DNA of 57,400 nt from a virus (IMGVR_UViG_3300017655_000002:1-57400); one strand, 5' to 3'; counted from the stretch's first letter, positions 27,399-36,498 are shown. The notes: generated from the letters alone by a model not told the origin. Numbers and translations: made by a program.

Positions 27399-27913
27399 TT
27401 TTAGGCAGCGCAAACTGCCTGCGCGACGACATACGCCGAGCGCTCGAGATGAGCGAATTCGAGGGAGTCGTCGCAGCGAAACAAGCGGGGGTCGAATGGA
27501 CAGGCGAGCTTGATGCTTGGGTGTCTCTTCACCCCGACAGGTTCCAAGCCTTGATCGATGAGAGATCGGAGAGAGGCTCACCGCCTTCGCCACGTCACTA
27601 CGGGCACAAAGCCTTTGGCGACGTATGTGAGGCGTATGACTGGAAATTCACAGGACAGGAGAAATCGGGATCGTCAGGCCTCTTTGCTTGCAAGGTGGCA
27701 ATCGATCTTGGCTTCGACCGCCTCGTCCTGTGTGGAATACCCATGTCTTCCGACGGCGGCCGTATCGATGGGAAATCCCATTGGACGGGTGCTAACGGGT
27801 TCAAGCCTGGGTTCTTGCAAGCCGTGCCGGCATTGAAGGGGAGAGCTCGATCAATGTCGGGATGGACACAGACCATTTTGGGAACGCCGACCTCAGAATG
27901 GCTGAACGTTTAG
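27380..27913 (+). CDS. Second CstII/Maf-like glycosyltransferase-fold protein
   Basis: CLILGSA, WVSLH, SGSSGLFACKVAIDLGFDRLVLCGIPM. Confidence 0.55.
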   Translation: MAKRCLILGSANCLRDDIRRALEMSEFEGVVAAKQAGVEWTGELDAWVSLHPDRFQALIDERSERGSPPSPRHYGHKAFGDVCEAYDWKFTGQEKSGSSGLFACKVAIDLGFDRLVLCGIPMSSDGGRIDGKSHWTGANGFKPGFLQAVPALKGRARSMSGWTQTILGTPTSEWLNV

Positions 27914-27953
27914 TTGGCAATCACCGCGTGAAGCGACCGAAAGGAATACGATC

Positions 27954-28769
27954 ATGGCTCTCAAGGCTGTTCTTGACACCCTGGACTCTGTAGACGATGG
28001 CGTGAAGCCGCTCTACACCCAGCGCGATGGCAAATATGTTCTCGATGTCGAAGCCTCCGATGGTTTCGAACTCGCCAATGTCGGCACCCTGCAGTCGGCA
28101 CTGTCGTCGGAACGTTCCATTCGCGGCAGTGTGGAGAAGGAACTCAAGAAGTTCGGCTCCAACTGGGATGACAAGGAAAAGAAGTGGGTTCACTCGCTGG
28201 ACCCGGTCAAGGCGAAGCAGGCCCTCGACAAGTACGAGGAGTTTATGTCCTTCGATCCCAACAAGGAGGCAGACAAGGTCGTCGAGGCCAAAGTCAACGC
28301 CGCCAAGGAGGGCCTGATCGCACAGTACACGGGCGAGATTTCCTCGCGTGACGAACGCAACGCTCTGCTGACCTCGACTGTCGAGGACCTGCTGGTGACG
28401 CAGACGGCACGCGCAGACATCATCGCCGCCAAGGGGGTTCCTGAACTCCTGCTGCCGCACATCTCGAAGATGACGCGCGTCGGCGAAAAGGACGGCAAGT
28501 TCTTTGTCGAGGTTATCGACAAGGATGGCAATGTCCGCATCGGGGACACGAAGGGCAATCCGATGACGATTGCTCAGCTTGTCGAGGAGATGCGTAGTTC
28601 CGAAGTCTTCGGTCGCGCATTCGAAGGCGACGGCACCACTGGCACCGGCAAGCAGCCTAACAACGGCGGCGGAGGCGGTGCGCTCAAGCGCAGCACGATG
28701 ACCCCTCAGCAGAAGCGGGAGTATCAGCAGAAGCACGGTCAGGCTGCGTTCCTCAAACTTCCGATGTAA
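27954..28769 (+). CDS. Head scaffolding protein
   Basis: MALKAVLDTLD..LY..DGKYVLDVE; coiled coil; C-terminal MT..QK.EY..KHG..AFLKLP; precedes MCP. Confidence 0.85.
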   Translation: MALKAVLDTLDSVDDGVKPLYTQRDGKYVLDVEASDGFELANVGTLQSALSSERSIRGSVEKELKKFGSNWDDKEKKWVHSLDPVKAKQALDKYEEFMSFDPNKEADKVVEAKVNAAKEGLIAQYTGEISSRDERNALLTSTVEDLLVTQTARADIIAAKGVPELLLPHISKMTRVGEKDGKFFVEVIDKDGNVRIGDTKGNPMTIAQLVEEMRSSEVFGRAFEGDGTTGTGKQPNNGGGGGALKRSTMTPQQKREYQQKHGQAAFLKLPM

Positions 28770-28792
28770 TCAACCCATAGAAAGGTCCTTCA

Positions 28793-29755
28793 ATGGCAAC
28801 GACTGTCAACAATGACATGATCATCTACAATGATCAGGCTCAGACCGCATACCTCGAGCGCATCCAGGACGTGCTCGACGTCTTCAACGCATCCTCGCAG
28901 GGCGCCATCGTTCTTCGCAACGAACTCCTCGAGGGTGACCTCACCCAGCGTGCCTTCTACACGGTGCCCGGTTCGGTCGCACACCGCGACGTGAACTCCA
29001 CAGCTACCGTCACCGGGCAGAAGCTCGGCGCCGACGAAATGGTCGGTGTGAAGACGCCCTGGAAGTATGGTCCTTACGAGACCACGGAGGAAGCGTTCAA
29101 GCGCCGCGCCCGCTCGCCCGAAGAGTTCTCGCAGCTCATCGGCCAGCACATGGCAGACGCCACGCTCGCCTACTTCATCGAAGCAGCCTTTGCCGCACTG
29201 ACGGCCGCCATCGGCAGCAATGCCGACATGGTCGCCACCGGCAACTGGGCAACCGACGGCAAGAAGGTTCTCACCAAGGGCATGCGCAAGTTCGGCGACC
29301 GGTTCAACCGCATCGCCCTCTTCGCCATGGACTCCGCCACCTACTTCGACCTTGTGGACAACGCGATTGACACCAAGGTCTACGAAGAAGCCGGCGTCGT
29401 CATCTACGGTGGCCAGCCGGGTACGATGGGCAAGCCTGTCCTCGTCTCCGACCGCATTCCCGAAGAAACCATCTTCGGTCTGCAGGCCGGCGCAGTCGAG
29501 ATTGTCGAGTCGCAGGCACCGGGCTTCCGGTCCTACAACATCGACAGCCAGGAAAACCTTGCTCTCGGCTACCGCGGTGAAGGCACCTTCAACGTCGAGC
29601 TCCTCGGCTACAGCTGGAACAACACGGGATCGCCGGCAGCGCCGACCAACCCGAACCTGGCTCAGCTCGGTACCGGCGCCAACTGGCGCAAGTACGCTGC
29701 GGACAACAAGGTCACGGCAGGCGTCATGATCGAAGTCGGCGGCACCTCCCCGTAA
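28793..29755 (+). CDS. Major capsid protein
   Basis: 320 aa after scaffold; strong codon bias; MATTVNNDMIIYND.AQTAYLER; ends GTSP. Confidence 0.9.
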   Translation: MATTVNNDMIIYNDQAQTAYLERIQDVLDVFNASSQGAIVLRNELLEGDLTQRAFYTVPGSVAHRDVNSTATVTGQKLGADEMVGVKTPWKYGPYETTEEAFKRRARSPEEFSQLIGQHMADATLAYFIEAAFAALTAAIGSNADMVATGNWATDGKKVLTKGMRKFGDRFNRIALFAMDSATYFDLVDNAIDTKVYEEAGVVIYGGQPGTMGKPVLVSDRIPEETIFGLQAGAVEIVESQAPGFRSYNIDSQENLALGYRGEGTFNVELLGYSWNNTGSPAAPTNPNLAQLGTGANWRKYAADNKVTAGVMIEVGGTSP

Positions 29756-29775
29756 GCTTCGGCTAACGGACAAAC

Positions 29776-29808
29776 TGACCGGGCATCCTGTGGGTGCTCG
29801 GTCATCTT
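29776..29808 (+). terminator. Hairpin/terminator after MCP (preceded by a TTCG hairpin)
   Basis: TGACCGGGCATCC/GGGTGCTCGGTCA stem with short T tract. Confidence 0.55.
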
Positions 29809-29829
29809 CCCCAACAAGGAAACACCCCC

Positions 29830-30450
29830 ATGACTGAACTTGTATTCTCCACGCAGAAGCGCGGGTTTGAGGCGGGACGTCACTACCAGAACCCCAAATA
29901 CTTCGACGGCCGCTTCCCCCATGGCGTTTCTCACATCTACGTTCTCGGCGACTGGCCGAAGGTCGTTCGGGCGGCCGATGAATTCGGCATTAACTGCACG
30001 CAGCTCAAGGAGGGCGCTCCGATCAGCTGGAAAGACGGCGTTGCTCCTGTGGGCCCAGGTCAGAAGCTGGTCGAAATTCCCGACACCTGGAAACAGTTCG
30101 GCAACCCGCGTATCATCCAGCTGGCGGCTGACATCGCTCAGCGCGACGTAGCCAACCGCAAGCAGGCTGTCCGCATCATCGAAGACGAGCTGGATCGCCG
30201 CGTTGCTGCCGACGAACATCTCACGCCGGACACGGATGACGCAGACGATGACACCGTGCTGAGCCCGGAAAGCCCCGGCGAAGGCGGCGACTTCACGCCT
30301 AACGAGCAGGACCCTCCCGCAACGGGCGGCGATACGGAAGGCGAAGAGCCTGACGAAACTGACAACGAGTCGGACACCGACGAAGAAGACGAAGAGCCGG
30401 AAGTCGAAAAGCCGGCCAAGAAGTCCAACCGTCGCAACCGTCGCAAATAA
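29830..30450 (+). CDS. Head-associated protein with acidic tail
   Basis: AAGGA RBS; follows MCP; D/E-rich C-terminus. Confidence 0.7.
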   Translation: MTELVFSTQKRGFEAGRHYQNPKYFDGRFPHGVSHIYVLGDWPKVVRAADEFGINCTQLKEGAPISWKDGVAPVGPGQKLVEIPDTWKQFGNPRIIQLAADIAQRDVANRKQAVRIIEDELDRRVAADEHLTPDTDDADDDTVLSPESPGEGGDFTPNEQDPPATGGDTEGEEPDETDNESDTDEEDEEPEVEKPAKKSNRRNRRK

Positions 30451-30462
30451 GGACGAACGCAA

Positions 30463-31017
30463 ATGACTTTCCTCATCGTCGAGACGGGCGCTGGCGTCCC
30501 TAACGCTAACGTCTATGACACCATGGCCGGCATCTCTGCTTACCATGAAGTGATGGGCAATACCGCATGGGATGAAGCTGCCGACAGTCCCGACGATGAG
30601 CGAGAGTCCGCTTTCATTCGCGGTACGGCTTACATCGAAGGCGCGTATGGCGCTAGGCTGAACGGGAAGAAAAAGGGCAATCGCTCTCAGTCGCTCATGT
30701 TCCCACAGGTGGGCATGACCGATGCCTCGGGCGAGGCCATCGCGGATGACGAAGTTCCGATTGAGTGGAAACGTGCGACCTACGTAGCCGCTCTTCGTGA
30801 GCTCATCTCGCCCAACAGCCTTATGCCGGATTACACGGGTATGGATCGCGTCAAGCAAGAAACGCTGGGACCGCTGTCTGTCACCTACGCTGATCCGGTA
30901 AAGGGGTTTGCTGACTCTCAGCCGATCATCGAAGAGATTGATCGCATTCTCCAGCCGTTGATTGGCTACACCAGTCGAAGCGGCAGCCTTCGAACGGGAA
31001 CCACGACGAGGATTTAG
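30463..31017 (+). CDS. Head-tail adaptor (DnaT-like family)
   Basis: LIVETGAG..NAN.Y, QSL.FP, VKQETLGPLSVTY. Confidence 0.8.
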   Translation: MTFLIVETGAGVPNANVYDTMAGISAYHEVMGNTAWDEAADSPDDERESAFIRGTAYIEGAYGARLNGKKKGNRSQSLMFPQVGMTDASGEAIADDEVPIEWKRATYVAALRELISPNSLMPDYTGMDRVKQETLGPLSVTYADPVKGFADSQPIIEEIDRILQPLIGYTSRSGSLRTGTTTRI

Positions 31018-31019
31018 TC

Positions 31020-31388
31020 ATGGCCGAATTCAACTACCTCAAGAGCGTGAATACGGCGGACAAGCTGATCGTCAAGTTCGGGGGCAAGCTCCTCGGCAAG
31101 ATCATTCGAGAACGCAGCTCGGGCGGCGTGAGGCCAACACCTTTGCCGCCTCAGGAAACCCCATGCTCCTGTGTGGTGATCGACTACACGGACCGCGAGC
31201 GAAGCAATAGCTCAATCAAGGCGTCTTCGCGCCGGATGCTCGTGTCGCCCAAGAATTTGCCGATCACTATCGAGTTGACCGACAAAATCCAGGCACCCGA
31301 TGGCCAAGTCTATCGGATCGTGCCGCCGATGAATGTGCTCAAGCCAAGGACAACTATCGTCCTGTATGACCTGCAAGTGGAGCTGTGA
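31020..31388 (+). CDS. Head closure/completion protein
   Basis: A.KLI.KFG; P....VLY.LQV; position. Confidence 0.7.
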   Translation: MAEFNYLKSVNTADKLIVKFGGKLLGKIIRERSSGGVRPTPLPPQETPCSCVVIDYTDRERSNSSIKASSRRMLVSPKNLPITIELTDKIQAPDGQVYRIVPPMNVLKPRTTIVLYDLQVEL

Positions 31389-31391
31389 CCG

Positions 31392-32420
31392 ATGGCCAGG
31401 AACCGACGCAAGACATTGGAGAACCTGATCTCCGACTGGGAGCCCCTCCTCCGTCGCGCATTCCTGGCCTCCATCGATGAGCTGAGGGGCGGCATCAACC
31501 TCAAGCAGCTGACGGATGCCATTCGACGCGGTGCTGTTGCCGAGGCTCTGAGGCTTGTTCACATTGAGCCGGCGGCCTACTCATCGCTGACGAACTCAGT
31601 CAGGGAGGCTTACGACTCCGGAGGAAAGTTCGCCGTCAGTCAAATGCCTCCCCTGAAGGACGCGGCCGGGGCATCGGTGCTGATGCGGTTCGATGTTCGC
31701 GACCTTGCCGCCGAGGAGTGGATTTCGGAACATAGCTCGAAGCTCATTTCGGAGATCACCGAGGACACTCGTCAGTCGGTTCAGGACGTGCTGACGCAAG
31801 GCCTGGTCAACGGTGACAACCCGACGACAACGGCGAGGAAGATCGCGGGCAAGTTCAATCCGGCCACAGGACGCCGTGAGGGCGGAATTCTGGGTTTGAC
31901 GAACGCTCAGCGCAAGTCAATCGACAAAGCGGCTGACGAGCTCCTCAATGACCCTGGGGCATACCTCAAACGCAAACTGCGCAACCAGCGGTATGATCGT
32001 TATGTGGAGAAGGCGCTCAAATCGAATGAGCCGATCCCGGCGGACGTTCGTCAACGCATGATCAACGCCTTGACTTCGAGGACTGAGAAGTACCGTGCCG
32101 ATATGGTGGGACGTACCGAGTCCATGACCGCACTCCATGCGTCTCAGCGTGAAGCGTATGAGCAGGCCATCCGTAACGGATATGCGAGGCCTGAGGAGAT
32201 CGAACGGGAATGGCAAGCTACCAGTGGCGAGCCGCCCACTCGAGAGTCTCATATCGCGCTCGACGGGCAGAGGGTTAAATTCGATGAGCCCTATGTCTCG
32301 CCTGTCACAGGCGCGAAACTCATGTATCCGGGAGACCCCAATGCTCCCGCGGATGAGGTGATCAACTGCAGGTGCTGGGAAGTGTTCCGCATCAACTACC
32401 TGAAGCGGATCAAAGGATAG
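31392..32420 (+). CDS. Minor head protein (Mu gpF-like)
   Basis: RTE..TA, W......TRESH..LDGQ, LMYPGDP....EVINCRC. Confidence 0.85.
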   Translation: MARNRRKTLENLISDWEPLLRRAFLASIDELRGGINLKQLTDAIRRGAVAEALRLVHIEPAAYSSLTNSVREAYDSGGKFAVSQMPPLKDAAGASVLMRFDVRDLAAEEWISEHSSKLISEITEDTRQSVQDVLTQGLVNGDNPTTTARKIAGKFNPATGRREGGILGLTNAQRKSIDKAADELLNDPGAYLKRKLRNQRYDRYVEKALKSNEPIPADVRQRMINALTSRTEKYRADMVGRTESMTALHASQREAYEQAIRNGYARPEEIEREWQATSGEPPTRESHIALDGQRVKFDEPYVSPVTGAKLMYPGDPNAPADEVINCRCWEVFRINYLKRIKG

Positions 32421-32457
32421 GCGGCCGACTTGCCTGGGGGTCGGGCTGGTCGCCTAG
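32418..32457. terminator. Hairpin between convergent genes
   Basis: TAGGCGGCC.../...GGTCGCCTA stem. Confidence 0.5.
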
Positions 32458-32486
32458 CTGCGGGTCGCTGGCTGAGATGTTCCCTC

Positions 32487-32987
32487 TCAGTCGGCGGCCT
32501 GCTTGCGTGCCTCGGCTCTCGCTTTGGCGCGGAACCGACGCTTGTCCTCTTGGCTCATGCCTTCGGGATAGACGTACTTGGCCGCAGCCTTCGATTGAGC
32601 CGGGGCACGCTCTTTCTTGATGCGATCCATGGTTTGCCGAACCGTTTCCTTCGGCTTACGCTTGGGCTTGTCCTCGGGGGCAGCCAATGACGGTGACGCG
32701 ATGGACAGGGCATCGACCGTGAAGTAACGAACGAGTTCACTCAATGTGGAGAACTCCCGTAACAGGTTCTCGATCATGTTGAACTTGATCGACGGAGGCA
32801 GCTTGATGTCTTTGTTTTCGACAAAGCCACGATATGCCTCGCTGAGCGATTGGTGCTCACGATCCGTCAGGCCTTTCGAGCTGAATTTGTAGACACCGCC
32901 TTTGATCGAGAAGGTGGCATCGACTTTGTCGCCGATCAAGGCCTTGACCTTGATTTTGTCGAAATCGGTTTCGCGTTCGGTCATCAT
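32487..32987 (-). CDS. Hypothetical protein with basic C-terminal tail
   Basis: ATGA coupling; ends YPEGMSQEDKRRFRAKARAEARK. Confidence 0.7.
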   Translation of the reverse strand: MMTERETDFDKIKVKALIGDKVDATFSIKGGVYKFSSKGLTDREHQSLSEAYRGFVENKDIKLPPSIKFNMIENLLREFSTLSELVRYFTVDALSIASPSLAAPEDKPKRKPKETVRQTMDRIKKERAPAQSKAAAKYVYPEGMSQEDKRRFRAKARAEARKQAAD

Positions 32988-34033
32988 GCGCGTGCTTCCT
33001 TTCGTGCTTTTGCGCGAATGCGTTGCTTGTCCTTAGCAGACATGCCGGGAGTATACAGATGATCATACTTGCCCGCAACGGGTGTCTGAGAGGATGCCTT
33101 GCCGTAGTTCGTGTTGATGTTGACCTCGGCCTCCTTGAGGAATTCCTTGACTTCACCCTTAGTCGGGCCAGGCGTTGCAACACCGAACCATCTCTCGGCG
33201 CAGACAGGACCGATGCCCAGCTCGATTGACTGTGGGTCGGTCAGGGCTCGACCGCAGCAGGAGCATCGACCAACGAGCTTGCCATATGCTTTGGCAGCTT
33301 CGACCGGATCATGGGCGATCTTGTGAAGGTTTTCGACATGGTGCGGCTTGACGTAGCTTTTGCCGATAAACTTGGTGCCGACGATCTTGCCGAGGTATGC
33401 ATCATCGCCGAGCTCGGTGTCGCCCTTGTCGAGCTTGACATACAGGGCTCCGGCGTTGGCACCCACAGACGATGCGGGCTTGATGATCAGCCCCTCGGCG
33501 CGGTAAGCCAGACGCTTGAGGCCTGCCTTGCGGGCGGAGTCGAACATGGCATGTATGGGAGACAGGTCGACCTCGGTCGTGGGCTTCTCGCGTTCTACTG
33601 CGCGTTGTTCCTCGAATTCGGCGCGACGTGCGGCAAACTTGCGAATGGCCTCGACCTGCTTGTCCGACAGGAACTTGCCCTTGCCGTACTGCTCGACCAG
33701 GTCGCGCATGAATTCGCTTTTCTTGCCGAACTCACGAGCCATGGCGATGACGCCCGGGTACTGAGCATCGAACGCCTGCTGCAGCTTGAGGATTTCCATC
33801 GCCTTGCGATTGTGAGCTGCATCGCGTTTCTTCTGGCGCTCGAACGGCGACGTGTAGAAGTGGCCGCGGCCTCCACAGGAGAAGCAACGCTCCTCTGGCT
33901 GGTGAACGCGAACCCCTTTGTACTTGCCGGTACCGGCGCATGACTGGCACGGAAATGTGGGACGATCCTTCTTCGGCTTGCGAACGCCACCTGCGTTCAG
34001 GTCCTTGTCGTCCAGATCAGAGAAGTCGATCAT
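32984..34033 (-). CDS. Zn-finger protein with DUF6011-like domain
   Basis: CQSCAGTG..CFSCGGRG; CSCCGRALTDPQSIELGIGPVC. Confidence 0.8.
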   Translation of the reverse strand: MIDFSDLDDKDLNAGGVRKPKKDRPTFPCQSCAGTGKYKGVRVHQPEERCFSCGGRGHFYTSPFERQKKRDAAHNRKAMEILKLQQAFDAQYPGVIAMAREFGKKSEFMRDLVEQYGKGKFLSDKQVEAIRKFAARRAEFEEQRAVEREKPTTEVDLSPIHAMFDSARKAGLKRLAYRAEGLIIKPASSVGANAGALYVKLDKGDTELGDDAYLGKIVGTKFIGKSYVKPHHVENLHKIAHDPVEAAKAYGKLVGRCSCCGRALTDPQSIELGIGPVCAERWFGVATPGPTKGEVKEFLKEAEVNINTNYGKASSQTPVAGKYDHLYTPGMSAKDKQRIRAKARKEARA

Positions 34034-34034
34034 G

Positions 34035-34208
34035 TCACTTTACTCCACGGAGCTTAGCAGCTTCTTCCTGAGTAAGGCCATGGGCCTCACGGATGAGTTC
34101 GTTCTTCTTGTTGTACTTGAAGAAGGACCAGGTACCGTCCTCTTGGAGAACGTCATAAACGCGATAGCCCATTTCGATGAGGCGTTGCTCGGGGTAGCGA
34201 ATGCTCAT
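34035..34208 (-). CDS. Small hypothetical protein (57 aa)
   Basis: AAGGA RBS; MSIRYPEQRLIEMGY; absent from ORF track. Confidence 0.65.
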   Translation of the reverse strand: MSIRYPEQRLIEMGYRVYDVLQEDGTWSFFKYNKKNELIREAHGLTQEEAAKLRGVK

Positions 34209-34235
34209 GGCAGTGGTCCTTGTTTCGATAAAGAC

Positions 34236-34264
34236 ACCTTACCATAGGCCCAAGTGATCTTGAA
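34236..34264 (-). promoter_or_regulatory. Putative promoter of second antisense island
   Basis: TTCAAG-N17-TAAGGT with extended TG; leader TCTTTATCGAAACAAGGA shared with the 25157 and 25440 promoters. Confidence 0.6.
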
Positions 34265-34279
34265 TAGGAAACCCTTACG

Positions 34280-34717
34280 ATGGCCAAGAATTTTAAGGCG
34301 CAAGTCGATGAATGGGTCTTCAAGACGAAGAACCGACTTGAGAACGTGGTTAAGAGTTCGGCACAAGACGTTATTGAGGTCATGAACCAGTCGAACAAAA
34401 AAGGCGGCAACATGCCTATTAAGACTGGGTTCCTTCGTTCGTCGCTGCGCATCACGATTGGAGGTCCCGCGACGGGATTGCTCGATAGGCCCGCCGACTA
34501 CAACTTTCCCGACGGCGAGGACCGGTCGTATGAGCTGACCATTGCCGGAGCTCCGCTCGGAGAGACGATCTATGCGGTTTACCTTGCGAGGTATGCTGGA
34601 GCCCGAGAGTACGGGACGATCAACTCACCCGGCAGTGGGTTTCGCCGATTGGCTGCTCAGCAGTGGCCGACCATCGTTCAGAACAACGTAAGCAAAGCAA
34701 GGAGCATGTTCCCATGA
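34280..34717 (+). CDS. Tail completion/neck protein (HK97 gp10-like)
   Basis: MPIKTGFLRSS, YA..REYG, AAQQW..IV. Confidence 0.8.
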   Translation: MAKNFKAQVDEWVFKTKNRLENVVKSSAQDVIEVMNQSNKKGGNMPIKTGFLRSSLRITIGGPATGLLDRPADYNFPDGEDRSYELTIAGAPLGETIYAVYLARYAGAREYGTINSPGSGFRRLAAQQWPTIVQNNVSKARSMFP

Positions 34718-35133
34718 TCCAGGAGTCTCTCATCTCGGAGACGCTGTTCACTCACGCATTGGCGACAGCTCCCGGCAGTCCCTCAATCGAGGTGGCCATC
34801 GCTCATCAGAAATTCGATCCCGTCGAGGGGAACGATTACCTCGAACTAACCTACCTGCCGAACACCACTCAAGAACTCTTTGTGGGCAACGATGCTCCGA
34901 AGTGGTACCAGGGGTTTCTGCAGGTCGCAGTCATGAGCCCTAACAAGGGTCAAGGAGATCTTCCCGCTCGAGACATCGCCAGTGAGCTTGTTTCGATCTG
35001 GAAGAAAGGCACCATTCTGGACGGGAATGGTTTTCGCATCAGGGTCACTCGGGTGCCGTCCATTGCCCAGACAATGAAGGATGGGGCATGGTTGAGAGTG
35101 CCCGTCTCCATCCCCTACCAAGTCATAGCCTAA
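34714..35133 (+). CDS. Tail terminator (DUF4128-like)
   Basis: YQGFLQVAV..P...G, W..VPVSIPY. Confidence 0.8.
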   Translation: MIQESLISETLFTHALATAPGSPSIEVAIAHQKFDPVEGNDYLELTYLPNTTQELFVGNDAPKWYQGFLQVAVMSPNKGQGDLPARDIASELVSIWKKGTILDGNGFRIRVTRVPSIAQTMKDGAWLRVPVSIPYQVIA

Positions 35134-35143
35134 GGAGAAACAA

Positions 35144-35620
35144 ATGGCACAGACTTTCGCCGGGGCCAAGATTTACATTGGCACCACCGTCAACGCAGTC
35201 ACCCGCGACGACTTCGAAGCTGACACCTACCTGGCAATCGAAGAAGTTTCCAATATGGGCGAGATCGGTTCGACGGCCAACGTCCTTCAGTTCCCGCTGG
35301 TTTCGGATGACTTCGTGATCAAGTCGAAGGGCACCCGAAACGCTGGCGACCCCGCACTGGTTGTCGGTCGCGTGTCGTCGGCACCCGGACAGCAGGCGCT
35401 TCGTGCGGCAGAACGGACGAAGTTCTTCTACAACTTCAAGCTCGAGCTTGAAGACGCGCCGAACGAATTGACCACCAACACGGTGTTCTACTTCCGCGCC
35501 CTCGTCGCTGGTGCTAACAACACCCTCGGCGGCAACGAAGACTTCGTCACCGAGACTTATACGCTCGGCATCTACCCGCGCCCGCTCATCATCGAGCAGG
35601 AGCCCATCACGTCGCCGTAA
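35144..35620 (+). CDS. Major tail tube protein
   Basis: AGAKIYIG, GEIG, KSKGTRNAG, GQ.AL.AA; ends ITSP. Confidence 0.85.
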   Translation: MAQTFAGAKIYIGTTVNAVTRDDFEADTYLAIEEVSNMGEIGSTANVLQFPLVSDDFVIKSKGTRNAGDPALVVGRVSSAPGQQALRAAERTKFFYNFKLELEDAPNELTTNTVFYFRALVAGANNTLGGNEDFVTETYTLGIYPRPLIIEQEPITSP

Positions 35621-35668
35621 CAGGCGACCATCTTTCAACTAACCCCCAACGCATCGACAGGTGAAGAC

Positions 35669-36118
35669 ATGGACTTCAACAAACTCGAGATCAGCCACGA
35701 GCCCACCTTCCTCCAGTTTCGTCATCCCGGAACACATGACCTCCTGTGGGAGAAGGAGCCCGTACTCAATGCTGCCGGCGAGGTGACTGAAGAAGGAGAC
35801 CCGGTCGGGGTCTACATCTACAGCGCCGACTCCGAGCAGTACCAGAAGCTGCAGCGCATCCTTCTCGACAAGCGTCTGGAAGATGCACAGCAGAAACAGA
35901 AGCTCAAGCCCACTGCGGAAGAGATTGAACGTCAGGGCATGGCCACGCTGGTGGCTTGTATCCATGCGTTCAAGAACATCCAGATGGACGGAGATGACCT
36001 CGGCAGCAATCGACCGAAGTTTCCGGAGTTTCTGACGAAGCATAAGTGGGCTCGCGAGCAGATCGACCGAAGCGTCGTGGATCGTCAGCTTTTTCTGAAA
36101 GCCTCGTCCAAGAGCTGA
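35669..36118 (+). CDS. Tail assembly chaperone (G)
   Basis: Between tail tube and TMP; HP.T, DSE.Y, W.REQID. Confidence 0.8.
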   Translation: MDFNKLEISHEPTFLQFRHPGTHDLLWEKEPVLNAAGEVTEEGDPVGVYIYSADSEQYQKLQRILLDKRLEDAQQKQKLKPTAEEIERQGMATLVACIHAFKNIQMDGDDLGSNRPKFPEFLTKHKWAREQIDRSVVDRQLFLKASSKS

Positions 36119-36498
36119 TGGCATTCGCGGAGGAAAGGTTCAAGGACAACCAGTGGAATGAGTTGCCCTTGAGCCCTCTCTCGTATGTGTGGAGATGGTT
36201 CACTGAGCTGTTTCTCTTCGGCGGGTATGGCATGGGGCCCTTTAAAACGCCATACTCTGAGATCGAGGCTTACTCTCGAGTGATGGGCATCTACATCCGA
36301 CCTCTCGAAGCTAGGATCATTCGTGACCTCGGCCAACTCTTTGTCAATCACAGTGCCCGAAAGAAAGAACAAGAACGTTCGCTCCCACCGGGTATGAAGA
36401 AGTTGACTCCGATGAGCGATGCCTCGGGCATTCGTGCTCTGTTCGAAGGCCGTGGCGAAACAAAACCCACAGGAGCTAAGTGGAATGGACATCGCTGA
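36118..36498 (+). CDS. Tail assembly chaperone T part (likely -1 frameshift extension)
   Basis: Open -1 frame from 36046; GCTTTTTC at 36088-36095; VW.WF.EL, YSEI.AY. Confidence 0.7.
   Translation: MAFAEERFKDNQWNELPLSPLSYVWRWFTELFLFGGYGMGPFKTPYSEIEAYSRVMGIYIRPLEARIIRDLGQLFVNHSARKKEQERSLPPGMKKLTPMSDASGIRALFEGRGETKPTGAKWNGHR

Noticed and set aside
22641-27913. GT cassette as DNA glycosylation or O-antigen conversion
   Set aside because: Not excluded but less favoured: late-module location, no GT-B DNA glucosyltransferase or membrane GtrABC-type proteins recognised, and TSP tails point to protein acceptors
34346-34353. Extra TTAACCAC half-site
   Set aside because: Inside a coding region, lacks the second half-site and is not phased to a -35
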